DNA of 60,785 nt, the filler included, from Dimorphilus gyrociliatus (lineage: Eukaryota; Animalia; Annelida), in NCBI GenBank assembly GCA_904063045.1. It is 3 parts of 3 records of this genome, joined end to end, with 100 filler letters (N's around TTAATTAATTAA, not from the genome) between each part and the next. Parts side by side here need not be neighbours in the genome. Positions count along the whole stretch, not along the records: positions 31,035 to 60,785 come from CAJFCJ010000139.1; 2 more parts are not named here. One strand, written 5' to 3'. Shown piece by piece: positions 50,072 through 60,785 of this stretch; position 1 is the first letter of the stretch, and every line of letters begins with the position of its first letter. Under the pieces are notes generated by a model. It saw only the letters and a program-made list of their open reading frames with translations. It did no database searches and was not told where the DNA came from. Both the position numbers and the translations under genes were made by a program.

Positions 50072-50674
50072 TACAACTTTGGTTTTTTTTTACATGCTTG
50101 AACTCTATTATTTGATGCAACTTATACATGTACATCTTAAAACCTATGCAAGAGAATGCTATAACATTAGCCAAACATAAGTCTGATTAGTCAGCTTGAA
50201 GGCTCATCTTTAATTACCAATAAAGGTTTGGCCAAGTTATAATTCAATTAACTTTCCTAAATTTTCAACCTTGTAACATCCTGTTACTAAACATAAATAT
50301 GAAAAATATGAACTACACATTCCCGCAACTGTAAAGTGATGATTGGATATCAGAGGAAAACCTCAAAGTATATCAATCCTCGCTATTTTCATTCTAAGCA
50401 TTCCTATCTCGACTCAACACGCTGGGAAGATAACCTGGAAACAACCTCTACTGGAAGCATCCATCTACCCCTCAACATTGGAAGACAGTTTGGTAATTTG
50501 GCAACCTGCTATTACAAACTATCTATTCTGCTATTGAACTCTCATATTGTTACTTGCTTAAGTATTATTATTGCAAATGAACTGTTTGATTTTAAACATT
50601 TGTTTAAAGGTTCAAGTGGAACCAGTATTGTTGTAACTTGCAAAAGCATAAATTTGCCAAGCAAGAGCAGTACA
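50072..50674 (-). repeat. Dispersed repeat family A, about 600-bp copy (possible DNA-transposon remnant)
   Basis: Reverse complement of 58893-59530; the ORF track shows the shared translation (50336-50683 vs 58977-59264). Confidence 0.9.
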
Positions 50675-52933
50675 ACATGTTAGCCCTAAGTCATGTAATA
50701 GTTTTTTATGTTTTAATTATATGTGCATAATGATACCATTATATTTCAACTTCGTAATCCTTTGACCAAGTCAACCCAAGTTTTGGTAAATGGATAAAAG
50801 GAAATACATTTCCCCAGTTTGGCAGATCAGTTCTGTAACTGTCAGCTGATTTTAAACAATCAGCTTGCTTATTTAGAACTAGAAACACATTTACTCAATA
50901 CATATTCTTTAAACGAAATACTGCCATTTTGTTGATTAGTTTCCACCGAAATTACATTTATTGAGACTACTTGTGTAGGAACTTGAAAGGTTCTATGTGG
51001 TGTGAGTACTTTGGTGCATTGATAAATGATTGGAAAGGACGAATACTGTTCAGAAAAAGCAGAAGTTCGTATAATTACAATACAACAAAGTACAAAGTAT
51101 AATGATTTGATTTCCAAAAACTCATTTTTAATTAGTTGATTGAATAGTGTGAGAAATATTTCATTTGAAGATAGATATTTTATAAGGCAAGACCATAATA
51201 CTTTATTTTTGTTATTTGAATATGTAATGGTAAGAAAGCTGCTTCCCTCTACTTTTAGAGCAATTTTATCTTTTAAAAACTGTCCATTAAGTCCTTTTTC
51301 TTCTAAAGTTGAGTGAAAATTTTGATTTGACAATTATTTATGATGATTTGATAAGAAATCATGATCTACATTCATAATTTCACAATTTATTTGCAATAAC
51401 CAATTTTCTTAAATGAATTAAACTGGTAATAAATTTAATTTTTTTTCTGTAAAATAGTTTTTAAAATTGAGTGATTCATCAATAAATTCTGTGATATACT
51501 TGGAGGAATAAACTATTGCTATTTGAGAAAAATACTGAAACAAATTGCCAGTAATGTTTGCTCTGCAACTAAATTTTGGAAAAATAGCATCACTTTTTAC
51601 AGATATTAATTTGTTTTCAATCTGTATTTTCTTTATATCTGTTGAAATTGATAAATTTAAAACATCCTCCAATAAAAAGTCTTTTTTTAGTAATATCCAA
51701 TTATTATCAATATTTTCTTGATCCAAAGTTTTCAATTTTGTAGAATATTGAGAACAGTAATCAAATAAAATATTAAAATCAACAGATGTCTCTACTAGTA
51801 TAATATTTTCCAAAGTTTTGATATCAAACACTCAAGAATATAAAAATTCAAACTCTTCTGTTATTAAAGTTATATTTTAAAACAAAAGAGTGAAATTCTA
51901 AATATAGATTTTAAAAACAGATGTACATTGTTCTTTTCAATTTTCTTGTTAAATCTAAAGTAAGCTACTTAAATCATTTTAAAATGTCTCAATTTTTATG
52001 ATTGTTGTGTCAAGGTGAAATCTTTGAAGCTGCATACAACTTCTCTTAGTCTTTACAAACTCTTTCTTTTGAATATAGGCTGAAAGATGCTAAATCAAAA
52101 ATGTGTTTTTAGGTATTTCTTCTAGAAATATTTCTTTCTTAGAATTGTTTTCAAGTTTTATAGAATTTGAATACTTTGTCATATTCTGTTCAAGAATATG
52201 GCCATTTATGACTATTTGAATGGGTGTGTTCAGTATATTAAAGAATTTTTAGCTAATTTAAAAAACCTGTGAAACATTCTTGTAAAATTTTAATGAAAGA
52301 TTGATCACACCAAATCTATCTTCTTTTCTAATTGATAGTCTATCTATCTGACAGGATAATGAAATAATGATTTTATCAAATCAAGAATAGTTGTGATAGT
52401 TACTAAACTGCAATACGGTCAAAGAGAAAATTTGCTTCAGATCTCTGTATAATTCAACCAAATGTAATTCAACCTTATCCAATCTGGATGTACAGTTAAT
52501 TTGGACTTACAGCCAAATAAAGAAAAAAACAATGAAAATTAATAAAAAAAATTTTCACAAATATGATAATTTTCCATAATTTTTTTCAGTATTATAAAAA
52601 TACTTTGAGGCAGCCATTTTGTTATAGTCTATTTGTGTTTTGAAAAATGATTAGGCATGCTCCAACTTGAGTTTTGCCCTATTCAAAGCTTTTATAGCAA
52701 CTATAAACATTAACAGCAATAATTTGCTTTGATTTTTTTATTGGCAAATTTGATACCAACACTGAACACTCACAACTACAAGTATTGTGAAAACAGCCCA
52801 TTTTTTAATACATCACAAAATTATTTCATATTTATACTTCATTAACCTCAGCCCAGACCTACATGAACTGAAAATATTAAAACTAAAATTTTCCTAATTA
52901 TAGTTACTCTCTCATTGCTTTCTATGTTTTGTT

Positions 52934-53108
52934 TCAATGATCAAGTTGGCAAAAAGGTATTTTGATGTTTTTCCTGCATACTAGACAGGAAATATGTCGA
53001 TTTCTAACTTTTAATTGCTGTATACATTTAAAACAAAATGTATGTTGACAAGGAAAAATTCTTGGATCATTTCCTATCTTGCTTAATAAAATATCCCGAA
53101 TCAGCCAT
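52934..53108 (-). pseudogene. TRIM-type RING finger pseudogene (may extend to about 51418)
   Basis: Minus strand: ATG at 53108, a frameshift, then DPRIFPCQHTFCFKCIQQLKVRNRHISCLVCRKNIKIP and a stop. The first CxxC is lost; downstream Cys-rich and helical remnants carry stops. Confidence 0.75.
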
Positions 53109-54751
53109 TTTGATTATGTGTATTGATTTTTTATTCTTACTTTCACATTCAAATGTAATAAAAGTTACTTGAATTTTCTTGTTAAATGAGTGATATTTCA
53201 TGAAAGTATGAATATTTAAAATTTTAAAATTAATGAAATTTGAGTGTGTTTAATAAATATTTTAAATGATTTTTTGCTACAAATGTAAGTATTTCTGCTA
53301 TTTTGTTTGATGACAACCCTTAACATGCTTTATTTCAAATTGATAGTGTAAAAGGCTGAATTTTGGCCTTGACAAGAAGAAAGGAGTTAATAATTATGAA
53401 TTTCCCTGAACAGAGTTAAAAGAGAGCTATAAATAAATTGTCATTGTTGATTTTTGGCTATACCTTCTTTATAAAATTTTGTTTTTCGCTTATAGCACGA
53501 AATTCCTAAGAATTTCGTATAAATTTTATTTGATATTCTTTTGGTCTCTCACACCGTTCTATTACATTCACTCCCTTTTATACTTTGTTAGTGTCGCTTA
53601 ATTGGGTGTTTGACTGTGCTCATCTGTATTGCCACATTCATGCCACGTTCATGCCACGTCATTATTAACAATGTGGCATAACATCAAGTTGGACTGTCCT
53701 GACTCTGGGCTAAGTCAAACTCCCTTCTTAAGTGATACTCAGACACTGATGCTCGCACACTAACACACATTCACTCATATCATGTAATGTGAACGGAACG
53801 TTAGTATATAATGTTCTGTTTACCTTCAATAGTGACTGTTTCCAAACAGAAAATTTAAAATTAATGCTCAACAAGAAAAAAACCTCATTCAATAAATAAT
53901 TTATTAACTCTATTGATTTGTAATATTGTCAAAAGTTTGACAAAAATATCTGACTTTGAGAGAGGCACAAAGTTGTTGAACAATAAAGAGGCTTTATTTT
54001 TTGACAGATTTTCTTTTAAGAAAATACTGGTAATTCAATTTCAGAACAAGAAGTTTTATAACACTCCTCAACACCTGCTCTAGATATCACTATCTAGTGT
54101 AGAAACTTTTATGAAAGAATAACTGGTATAAAACCAATGTTTAATTATGTTTTTAGAAAGTGCCATTTTACCTAGCTGATTCAGATATTTATGACTATGA
54201 ATATGAAACTAAAACAGTAGAGAGTTCTCTAGTCTAAAATGACCTTGTTCTCTCAATGACATTGTCATTTGTTCAGAGAAAACAAAAGCTTAGTGTTAAG
54301 TGAATTCAGTAAAAGATGACAGACAATTGTTTCCTATTGAAATTTTGTTCTAAAAAGCCAATAACCTTTTGAAATGGATTGTTTATATAAAAGATGATAT
54401 AAAACTTTTAAATTATGAAATTTTTTTTAACTTATAAATATTTAATAAGAAAAAGTAATGACTGTAATTTTACTTTTGCAACCTATGCCCTTTTAAAGTC
54501 TATGACTGTCTGACATTTTGTTGAACAATTGAATAATATCAATAAATTTTGTATATAAAATATTTCTTTGAAATTGTTTTTGTGGCTAAAAAAAAAGAAA
54601 CTATAGATCCATAATTCAAAATTTAATAATTTAGTCAAAGAGAAATTTTAGCAGTTATATATTTTGTTCTAATTTTTAAGTAGAGCTCCACATTTCCTTA
54701 ACAGTTTTTGATGAGAAATAGTCAGTCATTTGTATCTTCCTCCTTTATGCA

Positions 54752-54815
54752 ATGAAATTAAGAACTTTTAATATATTAATACTATTATTCATTCAAAATT
54801 GTTCAGTTTTTTGTG

Positions 54816-54847
<32 letters not shown>

Positions 54848-57800
54848 TTTTGTATTTTTAAAAATAATCTATTTATAGATAAGAAATGTGGGAGTGAAGA
54901 TGATTGTGAAGTTTATGAAAATTGCCAAACAGATATTTGCAGTTGTGATCCAGAATATGGTTTAACATTTTGTACTGATGGTAATAATTCTATTTGTAGT
55001 TTATTTCTATATTTCATTGCTATTATAATTATTTTCAAGCTGAAAATTTTATTGTTAAACTGGGAAAAAGACCATTGAGCAATTGGAGTCAACATTTCAA
55101 ATTCGTTAATCTGGAAACGTGTTACAATAATTGTAAATCTGCTGTTGGTTTTGAATGTGTTGCCTTTACTGTAAATGGTGTTGAATGTTATTTATACCAG
55201 AAGGTTGATTATCCACTGGTGTCTATTACAGATAGTATACTAATTATACAAAAAGGTATGTAATAGTGTTATGGTTGTTATTTCTTTTACACATACAAAG
55301 AGACAATGTTTTTGATAATAGATAAAAGAAAAGGAGTTTGTGGCGGAATTGATACTATAACAGCACCAACTTACGAATGCTTCATCGTCTTATTGAATGA
55401 AAACGGATGTGCTACAAAAACATTTACACCCTATCCTTACCATTATCAATATACAATTGCAGGTTTTATTTCACTAGTGGAAAATGCTTATATATTATCA
55501 ACAAGATACAAATTCATAAAAACTTCACATAGTGAATTTATGCGACGAGCTTGTTTTGGCTATTCAGCAATTAACAATGAAAATGTAGCCCTATATAAAC
55601 AAGTTACATATATTGGAAATTATACTGATCCTCTATACCATCCTATTCATGTTGTGGATGGTTTTCGTCAAAGTAATGCCAGCTATGGAATTTGTGTATT
55701 TTTACAAAAGTTGGGAAATGTTCAGCCTACTCTACGTATAATGTTGATAGCAAGCCATGCAGTAGGAAAAGTTGTAATTTGGCCTACAAATAAAGATAGT
55801 AAGAATGAAAAGATGATAGATAATCATAATTTTTCATTTGTTGTTGTTTTTTCTTTTTGTAGTTTATCAATTATTCATAATCTACATGGAAGTTAAAAGT
55901 AATCTATGCAAGGATGATATTCTTATCAATAACAATACTGAAACAGAAGTTTATTGTTCAATCAAAATGTATAGCTTTAATATTTTAAGTGTTGAACAAA
56001 AGTTAAACTCTCCTCTTTCTATATGTGAAATAGAGGTTTTTGCAGGTAAGAACAAAGAAAAAAAGAAAGAAAGAAAGAGAGAGAGAGAATGTTTATATCA
56101 GTGTTTTTATAACTTATTCTCTTAACTTACAGAAAATCTTGCCATAGACAAACCATTACTTGCAACATTTTCTTCATCCATTAAAGAAACTAATGATGGA
56201 GATCTTAATCATTATACACCTATAACACTAAATAACCAACATTGGATTATTATTAACTTATTAGCATACTACAATGTCTATGGATTTGATGCAAAAGTCG
56301 CACAAAATTTTGACTCCTTTAATAATTTCTATGTAGAAATTACAAATGATAAACGTTCTTTATTTGAAAAATCTATCAATTCAACAAAATGTATTGAAAT
56401 TAATAACTCACCTATACAAAATGAAAATTTTTACACATTTCCTTGTATTAAGGGAGGGGTTAAAGGTCAATTTTTCAAAATTCTTTCCAACAGTAATGAA
56501 AATATTGTCTTTTTTCTAAATGAAATTGAAATTTTTGGATTATTTTTAAGACCTTCCGATCAGAAGAATACTAATTTACTGTTCGAAAAACCATGTTGGT
56601 CTTCATCTGAAACGCATTGGTTTTATTCAAGTTTTAGGTTAACAGATGGACAGTATAACAGTGTATTCTATTCAACCCATGAAAGATATCCATGGAGTAG
56701 AATGGATCTAATAGGAATATTTCAAATTTACTCAATGGGTATTTTAAGCTATTTACATTATTGTAAGATTTAATAAAGAAAATTTGTTTTTTTAATTGAA
56801 ATCATTGATGAATTTTTACATATATATTTTTTCTTAGATCACAACTTAATTTACCTGAAAGGTTTAGTGTCATACAAACATGATTTTCAACTGCAATATT
56901 CCAGTCCTGATTATCAAATTTGCTTTACAAATTCAATAACATTTTCAAAGAGGGAATATAGAATGTGGAATTGTACTTATCCTTATCCAATTGGTCGTTA
57001 CGTTACTTTTTATTTAGATCATGAAAGTCAGTTTTTTATTCAAGAGGCTGAAGTTTATGGTGAAGAAATTATAGATAAAAATTTCTATAATTTACCAATA
57101 ACCATGGCTGATAGAAATTCAAATAACACTGGCTATCCATCAATACCTCATCATGAACAATATCCTTTTAAAGCTATCGATCGGAGATCAATCAATATTT
57201 ATGATTCTAGAGTTGATTACTCCTGTTCAAGTAATTATGTAGATAATGGTGAAGAAGGAAGATTTACATTCTATTTGGATAATCATTATCTAATTCATCA
57301 AATTGTTCTTCTATTCCGACTTGATTCGAGTAGTAAGAAAAGATGGGTAAAATGTGGAAAATGGCCATTATGAGATGATAACATTTTAGGGGTTTTTCGG
57401 GTTTAACTGTGGTCATTTTCAACAATTTTCCTTTCCAACAAACGCCATTTTCATTAATAATTTAATATATTTTGTTTTTGTTTTTCATTATCAAAAGATA
57501 ATATTCAAGATGTTCAACTTGTAGTTGAAAATAATCTGTTTAACACAACTCAAAGGCAAATATGTGATTTGGAGAGTAGGAATACAGGAAAAAATGTCTA
57601 TCAAGTATTTAACTGTTCACTTGTAGGTGATAGAGTATCATTCTATAAAATTGATGGTAATAATAGATTTGTTATTTGCGAAATTTATATTTTTGGAAGG
57701 AAACAGCCATATAGTTTACAAGGTTTTCTTCTTCTCTTTAAAACAAAAAATATTAGTTAACAGTTTATATATAGAATTTTTTCCCCTTCTTAAAAATAGA

Positions 57801-58518
57801 ATATGGTACTATGATTATGGCTGAAAGAGGATTTTCTTCCTTTTCATCAAATATTATCTTGAATACTGATTGTGATTTTCAAATGAAAGATATTTACATT
57901 CAATTTCCAAATAATTACAGATTTAATGCAGTTGGTTTTACATTAATGAATTCTGTAAATCTTCTTGGTGGTCTATTTATTTATGGAATAGAATTAAATA
58001 GTCATAATCTATGTGCAAAAGTTAATTATAATATTAAAATTACAAAACCAACAATTTTTACATTCAATTGTAAAAGTCAGTTGATTGCGAAATATATTAG
58101 AATCAATTCGTTAAATATGAATTTTATTGTTTGTAATTTTTTTATTATAAGTCAAGGAATAAGTCATAAAAATCAAAAAGGTTTTAATTTAAAAATTTTC
58201 TTTGATAAAAAAATTGAAAAAATTTTTTGTCTTTTTTTTTCAGATTATTTTAGATTACAGAATAAAAGATTATTAAAACCTGTTTACAGTTTTTATAAAC
58301 AATTAACAACAAGCTTTTTGAAATGTTATCAAAGTTGTTCACAAAATTCACAATGCGCAGATTTTTCATATTCGCTAACAAAAAGAGAATGCTTGTTTAG
58401 TATATTTCATATATTGCCATATTTTGGGAATATGTTGACAATAACTTCAAATAGTGATTATGACTCTATTTCACAAAAACAAAGTGTTGATACAAAACAA
58501 CTATGTACAATAATTTAA
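54752..58518 (+). CDS. Large secreted multi-exon lectin-like protein: EGF/EB-like + PAN + about 5 F-type-lectin (F5/8C-like) domains + C-terminal PAN
   Basis: Signal MKLRTFNILILLFIQNCSVFC; C-x5-C..C..C-x-C module; PAN ETCYNNCKSAVGFECVAF....CYLY; repeated FTP signatures NVALYKQ..VVDG..CEIEVF, NLAIDKP..LNEIEIFG, NLLFEKPCWSSS..TDG..YPWSRMDL..IQEAEVYG, KAID..ICEIYIFG; final KCYQSCSQNSQCADFSY....CLF. First junctions checked in phase. Confidence 0.82.
54816..54841. repeat. (GT)n microsatellite at the first splice donor of the lectin gene
   Basis: Direct reading; intron 54816-54878 begins with the repeat. Confidence 0.95.
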
Positions 58519-58892
58519 TGTTTAGTTAAAAAAATAAAAATGTCAAGTGTGTTTAATGATGTCAGATTTGGAATGGTAGAGAGAAAATATTTTATTATTT
58601 CAAAGGTCAAGGTCAGTTTTTTTAAAGTTAGTTTTTAATGATGGGAATGCTAAATGTTGTTTTATTAATTAATTAAGATATTTTCTTAAATACAACTCAT
58701 TACAATACACTTGTAGTTGTTTTAGGAAATTAGTAATGAAACTGATTTACAGACTTTGCTTGTTTGGAGAAACAAATTTGAAAGTTAGGATCAAACATTT
58801 TCTTGAAACCAATAACAAATGGTCCATTATCACAAAAATCTTCTTAAAAATCATAAGAATTTTCATATAAAAATTATTATAGTTATTTATAA

Positions 58893-59530
58893 TGTACTGC
58901 TCTTGCTGGCAAAATCTATGCGTTTGCAAGTTATAACAATACTGGTTCTACTCGAACCTTTAAACAAATGTTTAAATTAAAACGGTTTATTCGCAATAAT
59001 AATACTTAAGCAAGTAACAATATGAGAGTTCGATAGCAGAGTAGATAGTTCGTAAAAGCAGGTTGCCAAATTACCAAACTGTCTTCCAATGTTGAGGAGT
59101 AGATGGATGGTTCCAGTGGAGGTTGTTTCCAGATGATTCTCCCAGGTCCTTGGGTCCAGATGGAAGCTGCATGCCAAATGAGAATAGTGAGGATTTATAT
59201 ACTTTGAGGTTTGCCTCTGACATCCAATCATCACTTTACAGTTTTGCCAAAATGTGTAGTTCATATTTATGTTTAGTAAGAGGATGTTACAAGGTTGAAC
59301 ATTTAGGAAGGTTAATTGAATGATAACTTGGCCACACCCTAGGTAAGTTAATTAAATTATAACTTGGCCAAACCTTTATTGGTAATTAAAGATGAGCCTT
59401 CAAGCTGACTAATCAGACTTATGTTTGGCCAATGTTATAGCATTTTCTTGCGTAGGTTTTAAGATGTACATGTATATGTTGCATAAAATAATAGAGTTCA
59501 AGCATGTAAAATATAACCAAAGTTGTACAA
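58893..59530 (+). repeat. Dispersed repeat family A, about 640-bp copy
   Basis: Inverted match to 50072-50674; direct match to 36284-36425. Confidence 0.9.
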
Positions 59531-59536
59531 TAAATT

Positions 59537-59800
59537 GGTTCAGAGAGAAAACGTCCACAACAGAAAACGTCCACAAAATTAAAACGATGAAAAAATAGGT
59601 GAAAAAATCAAAAAAAAACCTTTTTCTTTTGAAAACTTTATAGAAAAGTGTTAATTTTATATGTATAATTAATTACATTTTCAAAAAAAGGTGACTTTGA
59701 TAGTTAAACTAACCCTGACAGAAAACGTCCACAAAGAGACAGAAAACGTCCACAAAGGGACAGAAAACGCCCACAAAGGGACAGAAAACGCCCACAAAAA
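59537..59800. mobile_element. Probable left end of a MULE-like element with subterminal tandem repeats
   Basis: GGTTCAGAGAGAAAACGTCCACAA start, two AGAAAACGTCCACAA units (59546-59576) and four 21-nt GACAGAAAACGYCCACAAAGR units (59717-59800). Same layout as the MULE end at 37846-37937; element identity is inference. Confidence 0.6.
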
Positions 59801-60289
59801 AACAAAATATTTACAAAGTGATAAAAAGCTTTTAGATATCTCTTCATAGTAGTAAAAAGATTTTTAATTCACTCTTTTGATAAAATAAAAAAATTTGTGA
59901 TCCCCAGCAAAAACAGGTATTGTTGGAAATCTTCTGCTGTGAAAATAGAAAAGATCAACTTCCTTTTCTATTTTCACTCAGCAGAGGTAAGAAGGAATTT
60001 TAATAAAAAGTGTTTTTTTAAAGTTAAAATGGAGTATATGTTCAAAAGCAGTCAATGATTTATTTAACATAAATTTATACTACCTTTTTTGCCTAATGTG
60101 GTGTATTTAAATTTTTTTTTTGACTATTGTACCAACCTTTAATTACAAAGCATGATTTGTCAATAAAATTGACTCTTTGATTTCTCTTATTGAATAATGT
60201 ATATACTATAGATAATTGCTAATTTCTGGTATTTTGTTAATATAAATTATTTTCCAAGTTTTCTAGAAAACTATCCCAAGTTTAAAAAC

Positions 60290-60785
60290 ATGGATAATAC
60301 ATGTTATATATGTCAAGATGAATTCATTGAAAACCAAATCAAAGGCAAATGTTGTCTTTGCTTTAAAAACTGTCATATTAAGTGTTTTAAAGGTATGAAA
60401 TATCCAAAGTTTGATTTTGTCAGTTATTAATTTTTTTTCAGATGCAACCAGCACTTCGCCATTATGTTTGATGTGTTATCAAATATCAAACAGAAACTGT
60501 ATTGTGTTGCTAACAAGAATTGATAATGAAAAAGAAAAGAAATTCATTGAACCTACAGAAGAGCTGAGGTTGTCTTTCTCTTTTAGTAGTTCAGAGGGTT
60601 TTGTTGACTGTCCATTGGAAAATGGAAATGTGATTAATGACAATGAAATTACATACAACAATGAAATTGAAGTAACCACAATGGATACATCAACTACAGA
60701 AGTTCAAGATTTTCGAGAGGATTCATTTGAAAGTAATACTAGTCAAAGAGATAATTGTACTGATGATTTACATTTCAAAATTTTA
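60290..60785 (+). CDS. PHD-finger protein (partial, runs off the right edge; missed by the ORF track)
   Basis: Exon 60290-60392, a 49-nt phase-1 intron and exon 60442-60785 read MDNTCYICQDEF...CCLCFKNCHIKCFKDATSTSPLCLMC (C4HC3), followed by an acidic open frame to the window end. Confidence 0.78.

Noticed and set aside
50336-50683. ORFs at 50336-50683, 58977-59264 and 59123-59323 as a duplicated gene
   Set aside because: They lie inside dispersed repeat A; frames are not conserved between copies.
59717-59800. Four 21-nt direct repeats as a CRISPR array
   Set aside because: The repeats are head-to-tail with no unique spacers, there are no cas genes, and the context is eukaryotic; better explained as transposon subterminal repeats.
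1-60785. rRNA, tRNA, prokaryotic operons or defence islands
   Set aside because: No cloverleaf or rRNA-like sequence seen by eye; genes are spliced and eukaryotic. A tRNAscan-SE/Infernal run would be needed to exclude small RNAs formally.

Overview
AT-rich eukaryotic DNA made of three unrelated pieces joined by two identical artificial 100-nt spacers (44 N + TTAATTAATTAA + 44 N, at 19855-19954 and 30935-31034). Pieces 1 (1-19854) and 3 (31035-60785) come from a compact animal genome with mostly 46-70 nt introns. Their gene families fit a lophotrochozoan, possibly a small-genome annelid such as Dimorphilus (inference only). Piece 1 holds a type II membrane SEA protein, a 15-exon six-module cadherin-like protein with a GPI-type tail, a Caspr-type fibrinogen-like gene, a chitin-binding-TSP1-triple C1q gene with a collapsed pseudogene copy, and a ZYG11/ZER1-like LRR gene. 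Piece 3 holds PAN and F-type lectin genes, a GRL101-type LDLa-LRR GPCR, a TRIM RING pseudogene, a PHD gene and transposon debris. Piece 2 (19955-30934) has no recognisable host gene and is packed with IS630-like, Merlin, Harbinger, LINE-RT, Tc1 and MULE elements; it may come from another organism (microsporidian-like). The top finding is an apparent 8-exon gene (31561-35111, about 1035 aa) that fuses two tandem NACHT-like NTPase modules (one degenerate, one with intact Walker A/B) directly to a C-terminal caspase with an SHG dyad motif and an unusual NCCLG active site. It is a candidate one-polypeptide inflammasome/apoptosome-like protein. All domain calls and exon models were read by eye from motifs and GT-AG phase consistency; no database search was run.
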